From positions 32,670 through 96,669 of the forward strand of contig JAEUHR010000017.1 in NCBI GenBank assembly GCA_016794425.1: a stretch of DNA of 64,000 bases, written 5' to 3'. This DNA is from Planctomycetota bacterium. GTDB lineage: Bacteria; Planctomycetota; UBA1135; UBA2386. The position numbers and the translations under genes are program-made. A model generated the notes under the pieces. That model was not told the origin of the DNA. It did not search any database and was given only the letters and a program-made list of their open reading frames with translations. Positions 1 through 9,176 of the stretch are shown here, piece after piece. Each line of letters begins with the position of its first letter. The stretch's first letter is position 1.

Positions 1-2672
1 TAGTTCTGCACGAACGCGCCGTCGCCGCCGTCGAGCGTGAACACCCACAGCTCCTCGCCGAAGACGCCGTCGTCGGCGACGAAGAACAGCCGGTCGTCGA
101 CCGCCAGCAGCGAGTGGATCGTCGCGGCGCCGGCGCCGGCGCCGTTGCTGGCGACCGAGCCGAGGCGGCCGATCTGCAGCGTGCCGACCGGCGTGCCGTC
201 GGAGACCCAGAGCTGCAGGCCGTCGATGCCGTCGTAGCCGGCGAACGCGACCAGGCCGCTCGTGCCGACCGCGACCAGCGTGCCGGCCATCACGCCGTGG
301 CCGAAGCCGGCGTTCAGATCGGCGACCAGGCGCGTGCCGGCGGTCGTGCCGTCGCTGCACCACAGTTCGCGGCCGTGCTGGCGGTCGTCGGCGACGAAGA
401 ACAGGTCGTCGCCGACCGCGACCATGTCCTGGATGTCGGCCGACAGCGTGCCGGGCAGGTCGAGCACGGCGCGCGTGCCGGCGACCGTGCCGTCGGTGAC
501 CCACAGGCCGGTCTCGAGACCGCTGACGTAGGCGCGGAAGAACAGGTGCGAGCCGGCGGTCACGAAGCCGTTCGGCCGTGAGCCGGCGCCGCCGGGCGCC
601 AGGTCCGCGAACAGGGTGGTACCGGCAGGCGTGCCGTCGGTGCGGCACAACTCGATGCCGGCGTTGGTCACGTTCGCCGCGAACCAGGCGTGGCTGCCGA
701 ACACCGCGAAGCCGTCGAAGAAGCCGCTGGTCGGACCGGACTGGAAGTCGGCGAGCACCTGCGTGCCGGCCGTGGTGCCGTCGCTGGCCCAGACTTCTTC
801 GCCCTGCAGCGCGGTGCTCGCCGTGAACACGAGCCGGTTGCCGAGTGCGGTCAGGCGGCCCGGATTGCTGCCGTTGCTGCCCGGCTGCAGATCGAACTGC
901 GTCGTGCCGGCCGGTGTGCCGTTCGACACGAACAGCTCGACGCCAGCGGCCGTGGTGGCGGTGAAGAACAGCCGGTTGCCGACCGGCGTCAGGCTGCGCG
1001 CGCCGGAGTTGCCGGGGCCCGCGTTCACGTCGACGCCGAGCTGGGTGCCGGCCGCGGTGCCGTTCGTGCGCACCAGTTCGAGGCCGCTTCCCGGCCAGAA
1101 ACCGCCGAACCAGATCTCGTTGTTCCAGACCACCGCGTCGGTCGGCGAGCTGCTGCCCCCGGCGGGGTTGATGTCGCGCAGCACGTCGGTGCCCGCCTGC
1201 GTGCCGTCGCTGAACCACGGCTCGGTGCCGAGGCCGGCGGTCGAAGCGCGGAAGAACAGCCGGTTGCCGAACGGCAGCAGCTCGGCGATCGGCGTGTCGC
1301 CGCGGTTGCCGTGCAGGTCCGCGATCAGCAGCGAACCGTTCGCGGTGCCGTCGCTGGCGAACAGCTCGCTGCCGAGGTTCGGCGCGTTGGCCTGGAACAC
1401 GACGCGCGCGCCGATCGCCGCGAGGTTGGCCGGGTTCGTGCACGGCGGCACGGTCGGCTGTTCGCGCGTGCCGGCCGTGGTGCCGTCGCTGAGCCAGAGC
1501 TGCGCCGAGCCACCGGCGAGCCGCGCGACGAACGCGATGCCGCCGAGGGCCGGGATCGGTTCGGTCAGCTGCGCGAACGGGCCGCGCACGACCATCGTGC
1601 CGGCGGCCGTGCCGTCGGTGCGGAACAGCTGGAACACGCCGGCGCTGCCGCCGCCGAAGCTGGCGGTGGTACCGGTGACCGCGAACGGCGTGGCCGCGCT
1701 GCTGGCGGCGCCGGCGCTGGTGTCGGCGAGCCGCACGGTGCCCGCGAGCGTGCCGTCCGACGCGTACGGTTCGAGCCCGCTGACGCCGTCGTTGGCCCAG
1801 AACAGCACGCGGTTGCCGAACGTGGTCACGCGCTCGATCGCCGCGCCGGCGCTGCCGGCGGCGAGGTCACGGACGTTGCGCGTGCCGGCGACCGTGCCGT
1901 CGGTGCGCCACAGTTCGCGGCCGAGGCCGGACTGCTGCGCGGTGAAGAACAACTGCGAGCCCACAGCGCAGAGGTCGTCGGGCAGCAGCGACGCGGTGCC
2001 GTTCGCGAGTTCGAACACGGACGGCGCGGCGCCAGGGGCGGCGATGCGCCACAGTTCCCGGCCGGTCGCCGACGTCGCGGCGACGAACCAGAGCTGGCCG
2101 TTCCAGACCACCAGGTCGCTCGGGTCGGACGAGTTCGGCCCGGGAGCGAGGTCCTGGACCAGCTGCGTGCCCGCCGCGGTGCCGTCGGTGCTCCACAGCT
2201 CGGTGCCCGAGCCCGGCAGCGAGGCGGCGAACCAGAGTCGCCCGCCGAAGGCGGCCAGCGAGGTCAGGCCGGCGCTGACGTCGCTGCCCGGCGCCAGGTC
2301 GACGACGAGGCGCGTGCCCGCGACCGAACCGTCGGTCACCCACAGTTCGCGCCCCATGCCGTCCTGGCGCGCGACGAAGTAGACCAGGTTGCCGACGACC
2401 GTCAGGTCCGACGGGTCGGCGTTGGCGGCGCCCGGGTTGACGTCGCGCAGGCGGAACGTGCCCGCCTGCGTGCCGTCGGTGCGCCACGGCTCGCGGCCGA
2501 ACTGGTCGGTGCCGGCGAACACGCCGATGCCGTTGGTGACCGCGGCCAGGCCGGGGTTGCCGGCGACCGACGACGCCGCGGCGGGCGTCAGGTCGCGGAC
2601 CAGGTTCTGCGCCGGCAGCGCCAGCGGCAGCAGGAGGAAGGGAAGCGAGCGGAGGGTCGCGGTGGCCATCAT
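1..2672 (-). CDS. Secreted ELWxxDGT-repeat (beta-propeller-like) protein; C-terminal part cut off by the left window edge
   Basis: Absent from the supplied ORF track because it has no stop inside the window. Reverse-strand reading from the ATGATG at 2672 gives MMATATLRSLPFLLLPLALPAQN (signal peptide). Recurring units follow, such as FGREPWRTDGTQAGT, GRELWVTDGSVAGT and, at the left edge, FGEELWVFTLDGGDG. Hand translation at 3-59, 1083-1139 and 2400-2672 stays in one frame. Confidence 0.8.
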   Translation of the reverse strand, partial: MMATATLRSLPFLLLPLALPAQNLVRDLTPAAASSVAGNPGLAAVTNGIGVFAGTDQFGREPWRTDGTQAGTFRLRDVNPGAANADPSDLTVVGNLVYFVARQDGMGRELWVTDGSVAGTRLVVDLAPGSDVSAGLTSLAAFGGRLWFAASLPGSGTELWSTDGTAAGTQLVQDLAPGPNSSDPSDLVVWNGQLWFVAATSATGRELWRIAAPGAAPSVFELANGTASLLPDDLCAVGSQLFFTAQQSGLGRELWRTDGTVAGTRNVRDLAAGSAGAAIERVTTFGNRVLFWANDGVSGLEPYASDGTLAGTVRLADTSAGAASSAATPFAVTGTTASFGGGSAGVFQLFRTDGTAAGTMVVRGPFAQLTEPIPALGGIAFVARLAGGSAQLWLSDGTTAGTREQPTVPPCTNPANLAAIGARVVFQANAPNLGSELFASDGTANGSLLIADLHGNRGDTPIAELLPFGNRLFFRASTAGLGTEPWFSDGTQAGTDVLRDINPAGGSSSPTDAVVWNNEIWFGGFWPGSGLELVRTNGTAAGTQLGVDVNAGPGNSGARSLTPVGNRLFFTATTAAGVELFVSNGTPAGTTQFDLQPGSNGSNPGRLTALGNRLVFTASTALQGEEVWASDGTTAGTQVLADFQSGPTSGFFDGFAVFGSHAWFAANVTNAGIELCRTDGTPAGTTLFADLAPGGAGSRPNGFVTAGSHLFFRAYVSGLETGLWVTDGTVAGTRAVLDLPGTLSADIQDMVAVGDDLFFVADDRQHGRELWCSDGTTAGTRLVADLNAGFGHGVMAGTLVAVGTSGLVAFAGYDGIDGLQLWVSDGTPVGTLQIGRLGSVASNGAGAGAATIHSLLAVDDRLFFVADDGVFGEELWVFTLDGGDGAFVQN

Positions 2673-2814
2673 GGAGTGCCCGGGAAGCGGGGGTGTTCGG
2701 CAGTGCCCGCGGCGGCGGTTCGTCACAGCGCCGGCCCGGATTTCCGCGCCGGGTCCGGCCCGGGACCCGGCAGCGCCTGGCGGCGTTGGCACCGGGCGGG
2801 TCCGTGCGGCCTAC

Positions 2815-2834
2815 ATGCCCGGCGGCCCGGGCAT
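2815..2834. promoter_or_regulatory. Perfect 8-bp inverted repeat (ATGCCCGG-N4-CCGGGCAT) 13 nt upstream of the histidine kinase start; possible operator or RNA hairpin
   Basis: Read directly in the 174-bp divergent intergenic region between the ELW-repeat gene and the kinase gene. No function can be assigned. Confidence 0.2.
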
Positions 2835-2846
2835 CGAAGAGGGGGA

Positions 2847-4742
2847 ATGCGCGCGATGTCCGACTCCGCCGGCGACCCGAGCCCGAGTGGCGGCGCCGGT
2901 TCGGTGCGCCTGCCGCTCGCGATCGCCGTCGCGGCCACGCTGCTGCTGGCGCTGTGCGCGCTGCTCGCGGTGCGGCTCGGCGGCGTGCTCGCGACCGCCT
3001 CGGTGGAACGGCGGCTCGAGGTGGCGCGGTTGACGGCGACCGTGCAGTACCTCGACGAGGTGCTGACGATGTCGGCCAACCTCGCCGCGCACTCCGGCGA
3101 GGATCGCTGGCGGCAGCGCTACGAGGCGCACGTGGCGCCGCTCGACCAGGCGATCGCCGCCCTGCGGGCGATCTCGCCGTCGTTGTTCGACCGCGAGATG
3201 GGCGCCGACACCGACGCCGCCAACCGGCGCCTCGTGGCGATGGAGACGCGCGCGCTCGAACTCGTCGGCCGCGGGCACCACGGCGAAGCGGCGCAGGTGC
3301 TCGACAGCGATGCCTATGCGGCCGACAAGGCGCTCTACGCCGCGGGCAACCGGCGCGCCCAGCAGGCGCTGGCCGAGCTCGTCGCCACGGAGCAGGCCGA
3401 CGCCCGGCGCAGCATGGCCTGGGCGGTGGCGGCGACGCTGCTGGTCACGGTGCTCGCGTCGGGCGCCTGGGTCGTGCTGGCGCGCCGCAGCCGCGAGGAG
3501 CGCGTGCGGGCCGATCTGGCGCTGGCCCAGGCGACCCGCGCCGCCGCCGAAGCCGCGAACCGGCTGAAGACCCAGTTCGTCGCCAACACGAGCCACGAAC
3601 TGCGCACGCCGCTGACCGCGATCCTCGGCTACGCGGAACTGCTGGCCGATCCGACCTACGCGGAACGGCACCGGGCCGACGCCTGCGCGACCATCACGCG
3701 CAACGGGGAACACCTGCTGCAGGTCATCAACGACCTGCTCGACATGTCGAAGATCGAGGCCGGCGGCGTCGTGATCGAGACGGTCCCGACCGACCCGGCG
3801 CTGATCGTCGAGGACGTGGTGTCGCTGATGCGCGTCCGCGCCAGCAGCAAGGGACTCGAGCTCGAACGTTCGTTCGCCGGGCCGCTGCCGCGCTCGGTGC
3901 CGACCGATCCGATGCGGCTGCGGCAGATCCTGCTGAACCTGGTCGGCAACGCGATCAAGTTCACGGCCGACGGCGGGGTCGAGGTGCAGGTGGCGTTCGA
4001 CCAGGCGACCGTGCCGGGCGCGCTGCGCATCGTGGTCCGGGACCACGGCATCGGCATGGACGCGGCGCAGATCGCCCGCCTGTTCGTGCCGTTCTCGCAG
4101 GCGGAGGACTCGACCGAGCGGCGCTTCGGCGGCACCGGGCTCGGCCTCGCGATCTCGAAGCGCTACGCGCAGCTGCTCGGCGGCGACATCGACGTCCGGT
4201 CGACCCCGGGCCAAGGCAGCGAGTTCACGCTGCGGTTGCCGGTCGTGCTGCCCGAGCCGGTCGAGTGGTGGCAGCCGGACGCGGCGGGCCTGTCGCAGAT
4301 GCAGCAGCATCGCGCCCTCGCCGTCGCCCGAACCCAGGAGCTGCCGCAGCTGGACGGCCTGCGGATCCTGCTCGCCGAGGACGGCCGCGACAACCGGCGC
4401 CTCGTGGTCCATTGCCTCGAGCAGGCCGGCGCCGAGGTCGTCGCGGTCGAGAACGGCCGGCTGGCGGTCGAACACCTGCTCGCGCCCGACCAGCCCGGCG
4501 TCGACCTGGTGCTGATGGACATGCAGATGCCCGAACTCGACGGCTACCGCGCGACACACCGCCTGCGCGAACACGGCGTCCGGGTGCCGATCGTCGCGCT
4601 GACCGCGAACGCGATGTCGACCGACCGCGAGCGGTGCCTCGGGGCCGGCTGTGACGACTACCTGACGAAGCCGATCGACCGCGCGCTGCTGCTGCGCACC
4701 TGCGTGCTGTGGACCAGCGAGCGGCTCGTCGCCAAGGTCTGA
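2847..4742 (+). CDS. Hybrid sensor histidine kinase/response regulator
   Basis: This is the C-terminal 631 aa of track ORF 690..4742; the upstream part is antisense shadow of the ELW gene. It has two TM segments flanking a helical periplasmic region, H-box FVANTSHELRTPLTAILGYAELL, N/G boxes (LLNLVGNAIKFT, DHGIGM, GGTGLGLAIS), and a C-terminal REC domain (ILLAEDGRDNRRL, DLVLMDMQMPELDG, LTANAM, YLTKP). Confidence 0.9.
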   Translation: MRAMSDSAGDPSPSGGAGSVRLPLAIAVAATLLLALCALLAVRLGGVLATASVERRLEVARLTATVQYLDEVLTMSANLAAHSGEDRWRQRYEAHVAPLDQAIAALRAISPSLFDREMGADTDAANRRLVAMETRALELVGRGHHGEAAQVLDSDAYAADKALYAAGNRRAQQALAELVATEQADARRSMAWAVAATLLVTVLASGAWVVLARRSREERVRADLALAQATRAAAEAANRLKTQFVANTSHELRTPLTAILGYAELLADPTYAERHRADACATITRNGEHLLQVINDLLDMSKIEAGGVVIETVPTDPALIVEDVVSLMRVRASSKGLELERSFAGPLPRSVPTDPMRLRQILLNLVGNAIKFTADGGVEVQVAFDQATVPGALRIVVRDHGIGMDAAQIARLFVPFSQAEDSTERRFGGTGLGLAISKRYAQLLGGDIDVRSTPGQGSEFTLRLPVVLPEPVEWWQPDAAGLSQMQQHRALAVARTQELPQLDGLRILLAEDGRDNRRLVVHCLEQAGAEVVAVENGRLAVEHLLAPDQPGVDLVLMDMQMPELDGYRATHRLREHGVRVPIVALTANAMSTDRERCLGAGCDDYLTKPIDRALLLRTCVLWTSERLVAKV

Positions 4743-4828
4743 TCGTCACCGGCCGCGGTGGCGCCGCGCCGCGCGCGCATTCCGCGATGGTGTGCCCGGC
4801 CCGGTTCCCGGACCGGTAGAGTCGGGGC

Positions 4829-5137
4829 ATGGCCGGCCGGATGTCCAACCGTGATCGTATCGCCCACCTCCGCGCCGAAGCCGAGGCCGCAGCCAAGGAG
4901 AAGGCCGCCGCGAAGGCCGCCAAGGCGGCGCAGCCGGCGGCGCGCAAGGCGAAGGGCAAGACGGCACCGGCGCCGGCGCGCGTGCGCATCGTCTGGGCCG
5001 TCTGCGACCACGCCGGCAAGGAAGTGCAGCAGTTCCCGTATGCACAGGAACAGGAAGCGCGCGCCGAGGCGCAGCGGCTCACCGCGGCCAGCGGCCGCAC
5101 GCACTTCGTGAAGCAGACCGACGTCGCGGTCGAGTAG
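4829..5137 (+). CDS. Small hypothetical protein (Ala/Lys-rich N-terminus, compact C-terminal domain)
   Basis: 102-aa ORF with GC-rich third codon positions like neighbouring genes. It is not antisense to any other call. An alternative ATG lies at 4841. No recognisable motif. Confidence 0.5.
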   Translation: MAGRMSNRDRIAHLRAEAEAAAKEKAAAKAAKAAQPAARKAKGKTAPAPARVRIVWAVCDHAGKEVQQFPYAQEQEARAEAQRLTAASGRTHFVKQTDVAVE

Positions 5138-5193
5138 CGCCGCGCGGCGCCGTCGCCTGCGTGCGGCCGTTCGGCTAGCGTGCGCCGAGCACC

Positions 5194-7365
5194 ATGCGCG
5201 TCGTCGTCGCCGAGAAGCCGTCCGTCGCCCGGGACCTGGCCCGGGTGCTCGGCGCCACGCAGCGCCGCGACGGCTTCCTCGAGGGCAACGGCTGGCGCGT
5301 GACCTGGGCGATCGGGCACCTGGTGCAGCTGAAGACGCCCGACGAGTACGACCCGGCGCTGAAGCGCTGGTCGCTCGACCGCCTGCCGTTCGTGCCCGAA
5401 CGCTTCGAACTGCGGCCGACCGACCAGCCGGGCGGCAAGCAGCAGCTCGAGGTCCTGGCCGAGCTGTGCCGCAGCGCCGACGAACTGGTGTGCGCGACCG
5501 ACGCCGGCCGCGAGGGCGAACTGATCTTCCGCTACATCCTCGACTGGGCCGGCTGCAGCGGCCGCGGCCACTCGCGCCTGTGGCTCAGTTCGCTGACCGA
5601 GACCGCGATCGAACAGGCGTTCGCGCAGCGCAAACCCGGCCGCGACTACGACCACCTGCACGATGCCGCGCGCTGCCGCAGCGAAGCCGACTGGATCGTC
5701 GGCCTCAACGCGACGCGGGCCTGGACGGTCCGCTACGGCGGTGGCCGCGTGCTGTGGAGCCTCGGCCGCGTGCAGACGCCGGTGCTGGCGCTGATCGCGC
5801 AGCGCGACGACGAGATCCGGGTGTTCGACCCGCGGCCGTTCTGGGAGCTGCGCACGCGCTACCGCTCGGCGCGCTTCCGCCACGCCGGCGAACGGTTCCG
5901 CGACGCGGCGCCGGCGCAGGCGCTGCTGGCCCGGGTGACCGGCCAGCCGCTGGTCGTCGAACGCATCGAGCGCCGCAGCGAAGCGCTGCCGCCGCCGCTG
6001 CTGTACGACCTGACGCAGCTGCAGCGCGACCTGAACCAGCGCCACGGTCTGTCGGCCCAGCGCACGCTCGAGGTCGCGCAGGAACTCTACGAGAAGAAGC
6101 TGCTGACCTATCCGCGCACCGACAGCCGCCATCTGTCGCTCGACATGGTCGACACCGTGCGCACGACGCTGGCGCAGCTGCGCGCGTGGAACGCCGACCA
6201 GCTCGCGGTGCTGGCGCGCTGGATCGCCGGTGCGCCCGAGGGCGAGCGGGGTCCGCGCAGCAAGCCGCGGCGCGTGTTCGACGACACCAAGGTCAGCGAC
6301 CACCATGCGATCGTGCCGACCGGCCGCGTCGAGCCGCTCGCCGGCGACGCGCAGCTCGTGTTCGACGCGGTCGCGACGCGCTTCGTGCAGGCGTTCCTCG
6401 GCGATCGCTGCCAGGACGTGACCACCGCCCATGCACAGAGCAACGGCGTGCCGTTCCGCGCGCGCGGCGTCGTCGTCACCGATCCGGGCTGGAGTGCACT
6501 CGAGCCCGAACCGCCGGCGAAGAAGCGCGGTCGCGGCAAGGGCAAGGCCGCGGCCGCGGCCGACGACGCCGATGGCGACGACGACGCCCAGGAGCTGCCG
6601 GACCTGCGCGAAGGCGAGAGTGGTCCGCACGAGCCCGAGCTGCACGAGGGTGAGACCAAACCGCCGCGGCCCTACACCGAGAACACGCTGCTCGCCGCGA
6701 TGGAGACCGCCGGCAAGGCGATCGACGACGAACAGCTGCGGCAGGCGATGCGCGCGCGCGGGCTCGGCACGCCGGCGACGCGCGCGGCGATCCTCGAGAC
6801 GCTGCTGGCGCGCGGTTACGTGCGCCGTGACAAGAAGGCGCTGCGCATCACCGACCTGGGCCGCTACCTGATCGCGATCATCGCCGACCCGACGCTGAAG
6901 TCGGCCGAGCTGACCGGCGAATGGGAGTGGAAGCTCGGCGAGATCGAGCGCGGCCGGCTCACGCGCAGCGAGTTCATGCGCGAGATCGGCGAGCGGATCG
7001 GCGCGCTGGTCGCGACCGGCCTGTCGCCGCGCAACGAGCACCCGGGCATCGGCCGCTGCCCGCGTTGTGCCGCCGACGTGGTCGAGGGTCGCGAGGCCTA
7101 CGGCTGTTCGCGCTGGCGCGAGGACTGCGCGTTCCGGCTGCCGAAGGTGTGGCGCGGCACGGCGCTGCGCCGTGAGCAGGTGCGCGACCTGCTGTTCCGC
7201 GGTGTGCTGCTACAGCCGGTCGTGCTCGACGGCGCACCGCGCATCGTCTGCCGCACCGCGACCGGCGAGCTGATCGACCTCGAGCCGCCGAGCCGCGATG
7301 CGCAGCGCGGCCGCCGCGAACGGCCGCCGCGGCCGCGCCGCCGCGGGGCTGCCGGGGCCGACTGA
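5194..7365 (+). CDS. topB: DNA topoisomerase III
   Basis: N-terminal Toprim MRVVVAEKPSVARDLARVLG...WAIGHLVQL. Type IA core motifs LLTYPRTDSRHLS and TKVSDHHAIVPT. C-terminal Cys-rich zinc-finger-like segment CPRCAADVVEGREAYGCSRWREDCAF. Confidence 0.93.
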   Translation: MRVVVAEKPSVARDLARVLGATQRRDGFLEGNGWRVTWAIGHLVQLKTPDEYDPALKRWSLDRLPFVPERFELRPTDQPGGKQQLEVLAELCRSADELVCATDAGREGELIFRYILDWAGCSGRGHSRLWLSSLTETAIEQAFAQRKPGRDYDHLHDAARCRSEADWIVGLNATRAWTVRYGGGRVLWSLGRVQTPVLALIAQRDDEIRVFDPRPFWELRTRYRSARFRHAGERFRDAAPAQALLARVTGQPLVVERIERRSEALPPPLLYDLTQLQRDLNQRHGLSAQRTLEVAQELYEKKLLTYPRTDSRHLSLDMVDTVRTTLAQLRAWNADQLAVLARWIAGAPEGERGPRSKPRRVFDDTKVSDHHAIVPTGRVEPLAGDAQLVFDAVATRFVQAFLGDRCQDVTTAHAQSNGVPFRARGVVVTDPGWSALEPEPPAKKRGRGKGKAAAAADDADGDDDAQELPDLREGESGPHEPELHEGETKPPRPYTENTLLAAMETAGKAIDDEQLRQAMRARGLGTPATRAAILETLLARGYVRRDKKALRITDLGRYLIAIIADPTLKSAELTGEWEWKLGEIERGRLTRSEFMREIGERIGALVATGLSPRNEHPGIGRCPRCAADVVEGREAYGCSRWREDCAFRLPKVWRGTALRREQVRDLLFRGVLLQPVVLDGAPRIVCRTATGELIDLEPPSRDAQRGRRERPPRPRRRGAAGAD

Positions 7366-7857
7366 CCGGTCCGCCGACGGCCGCGGCGCGCCACGCGCGA
7401 ACTGCGACTCGTAGTCGACGAACAGCCGCGCGCCGCCGCCGATGGCGTCGTGCAGCGACCCGACGCGTCCCCACGCGAAGTGCCACCACAGCGGGTGCAG
7501 TCCGCGCCACGCCGCCGCCGCGCCGGTTGCGTCCGGCCGGCCGAGCATCGTGGTGGCGAGCCGGTCGTGCGCGGCCTTCGTGGCGGCGTCGTCGTCGTCC
7601 GGCAGTCGGATCGTCAGCGACACCGACCAGAGCTGCTGCGCGCAGAACGTCGCCGTCGCCAGCAGCGGCTGTCCGGCCACGCTGCCGGCCGCGAAGCTCG
7701 CGTGCAGCCACGGTGGCGCGCCGGTGCGCAGCGTCGCGCCGGCCAGCCGCGGATCGGCCCGCACCCGGTTGCGCGGCACGGTCGGACCCAGCCGCAGGCC
7801 GTTCGGGAGCGCGATGGTGCCGTCGCGGACGTCGATGTGGAGTTCCATCGCCGGCAA
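7210..7857 (-). CDS. Hypothetical protein; last ~50 codons are antisense to the topB 3' end
   Basis: 215-aa ORF. Residues 1 to ~155 look globular (ELHIDVRDGTIALPNGLRLG...WWHFAWGRVGSLHDAIGGGARLFVDYESQF). The remainder is low-complexity and overlaps topB by 156 nt. An alternative start is ATG 7848. Confidence 0.45.
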   Translation of the reverse strand: MPAMELHIDVRDGTIALPNGLRLGPTVPRNRVRADPRLAGATLRTGAPPWLHASFAAGSVAGQPLLATATFCAQQLWSVSLTIRLPDDDDAATKAAHDRLATTMLGRPDATGAAAAWRGLHPLWWHFAWGRVGSLHDAIGGGARLFVDYESQFARGAPRPSADRSVGPGSPAAARPRRPFAAAALRIAARRLEVDQLAGRGAADDARCAVEHDRL

Positions 7858-7917
7858 CAGCGACGCGGCGCGCGGTTCGCCAACCGGGATTTCCGCGCCT
7901 GGGCGGCCGGCGCGGTG

Positions 7918-8703
7918 TCACCGGCCGGCGAGGAAGCCGAACCGCTGGAACACGAACTCCGGCAGCACGCGCACGATCGCCATCACCAGCCGCCAGCGCC
8001 GCGGCAGCCAGACCGCGAACCGGCGTCGCTCCATCGCCGCGACGATGCCGCGCGCGACCGCGCGCTTCTCGCCCCACAGGAAGTTGCGCGGGTGACCCTC
8101 GGACATCGGCGTCGGCACCGGTCCGAGCTTGATGTCGTGCACGCGCACGCCGCGGCCGTAGAGGCTGCTGCGCAGACCCTCGAGGTAGCAGCCGAGGCCG
8201 CGCTTGGCGGCGCCGTAGGTGTAGTTGCGCGGGCGGCCGCGCTCGCCGGCCACCGATGTGATCACCGCGAGGTGGCCGCTGCGCTGCGCCGCGCAGTGCG
8301 CTGCCAGCGGCTGCAGCAGGTTGATCACGCTGGTGAAGTTCGCGTCGACGACGGCGCGCGCGTAGGCGAAGTCGTGTTCGGTCCGCGCCTGGTCCGGCAG
8401 CCAGCCGTGCGCGACCAGGGCGCGGTCGAGACCGCCGAGGCCGTCGATCGCCTGCCGCACGCACGCGGTCGCCGCGTCGAAGTCGGTGAAGTCGACGCGG
8501 GCATGGCCGACCACGGCCGGGCCGAGCGACTGCACCAGCGCGCGCAACTTGTCGGCATCGCGGCCGACCAACCAGAGCCGGTCGCCGCGCGCCGCGCACA
8601 GCGCGGCGACCTCGGCGGCGATCGCCGACGTCGCGCCGAGGATCAGCGTGCGGCGCGGCGGTGCTGCAACCGTGGCGCCGGCGCCGGACACGGAGGCGGT
8701 CAT
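7918..8703 (-). CDS. Short-chain dehydrogenase/reductase (SDR) family oxidoreductase
   Basis: Start taken at internal ATG 8703 (MTASVSG). Rossmann motif TLILGATSAIAAEVA and catalytic YTYGAAK (YxxxK) preceded by ITSVAG. Confidence 0.85.
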   Translation of the reverse strand: MTASVSGAGATVAAPPRRTLILGATSAIAAEVAALCAARGDRLWLVGRDADKLRALVQSLGPAVVGHARVDFTDFDAATACVRQAIDGLGGLDRALVAHGWLPDQARTEHDFAYARAVVDANFTSVINLLQPLAAHCAAQRSGHLAVITSVAGERGRPRNYTYGAAKRGLGCYLEGLRSSLYGRGVRVHDIKLGPVPTPMSEGHPRNFLWGEKRAVARGIVAAMERRRFAVWLPRRWRLVMAIVRVLPEFVFQRFGFLAGR

Positions 8704-8776
8704 GCCCGCGATCGTAGGGTCCGGCGGCCGCGGTTCGATGGGGGCGACGCGCACCCCGCCGCGGCGCCCGGCCCGC

Positions 8777-9124
8777 TCATTCGCGCGGGGCGGCGTTGGT
8801 GCGGAACGGCCGCGTCAGATTGTGGGCGAGCGAGGCGTGGTTCGCGGTCACCACGTTCAGGTCGCTGGCGAAGCCGCTGAACAGGCCGCCGACGCAACCG
8901 ATCGCGGCTTCGCTGACGAAGCGCATCGGCACGATGATCGGCGCCGCGAGGATCGTCAGGACCGGCGGCAGGTCCTCGTGCGGTGCCGGCGACGGCGGCG
9001 CGTCGAGGCGCTGCTGCACGTTGTCGATCGGGTAGGTGAACGTGCACACGAGCGGCTTCACGACGGTGCAGCCGGCGAGGCACGGCAGCGTGGCGGCGAG
9101 AGCGAGGCGGCGAGTTGTGGTCAT
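8777..9124 (-). CDS. Small lipoprotein, unknown function
   Basis: MTTTRRLALAATLPCLAGC is a signal peptide with an LAGC lipobox. Start at internal ATG 9124. Same strand as, and 52 nt downstream of, the transglutaminase-like pair. Confidence 0.6.
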   Translation of the reverse strand: MTTTRRLALAATLPCLAGCTVVKPLVCTFTYPIDNVQQRLDAPPSPAPHEDLPPVLTILAAPIIVPMRFVSEAAIGCVGGLFSGFASDLNVVTANHASLAHNLTRPFRTNAAPRE

Positions 9125-9176
9125 GGGCGAGCAGGAGGGGGGATCGGGGCGAAGCGCCAACGGCGCGCTGCCGTTG

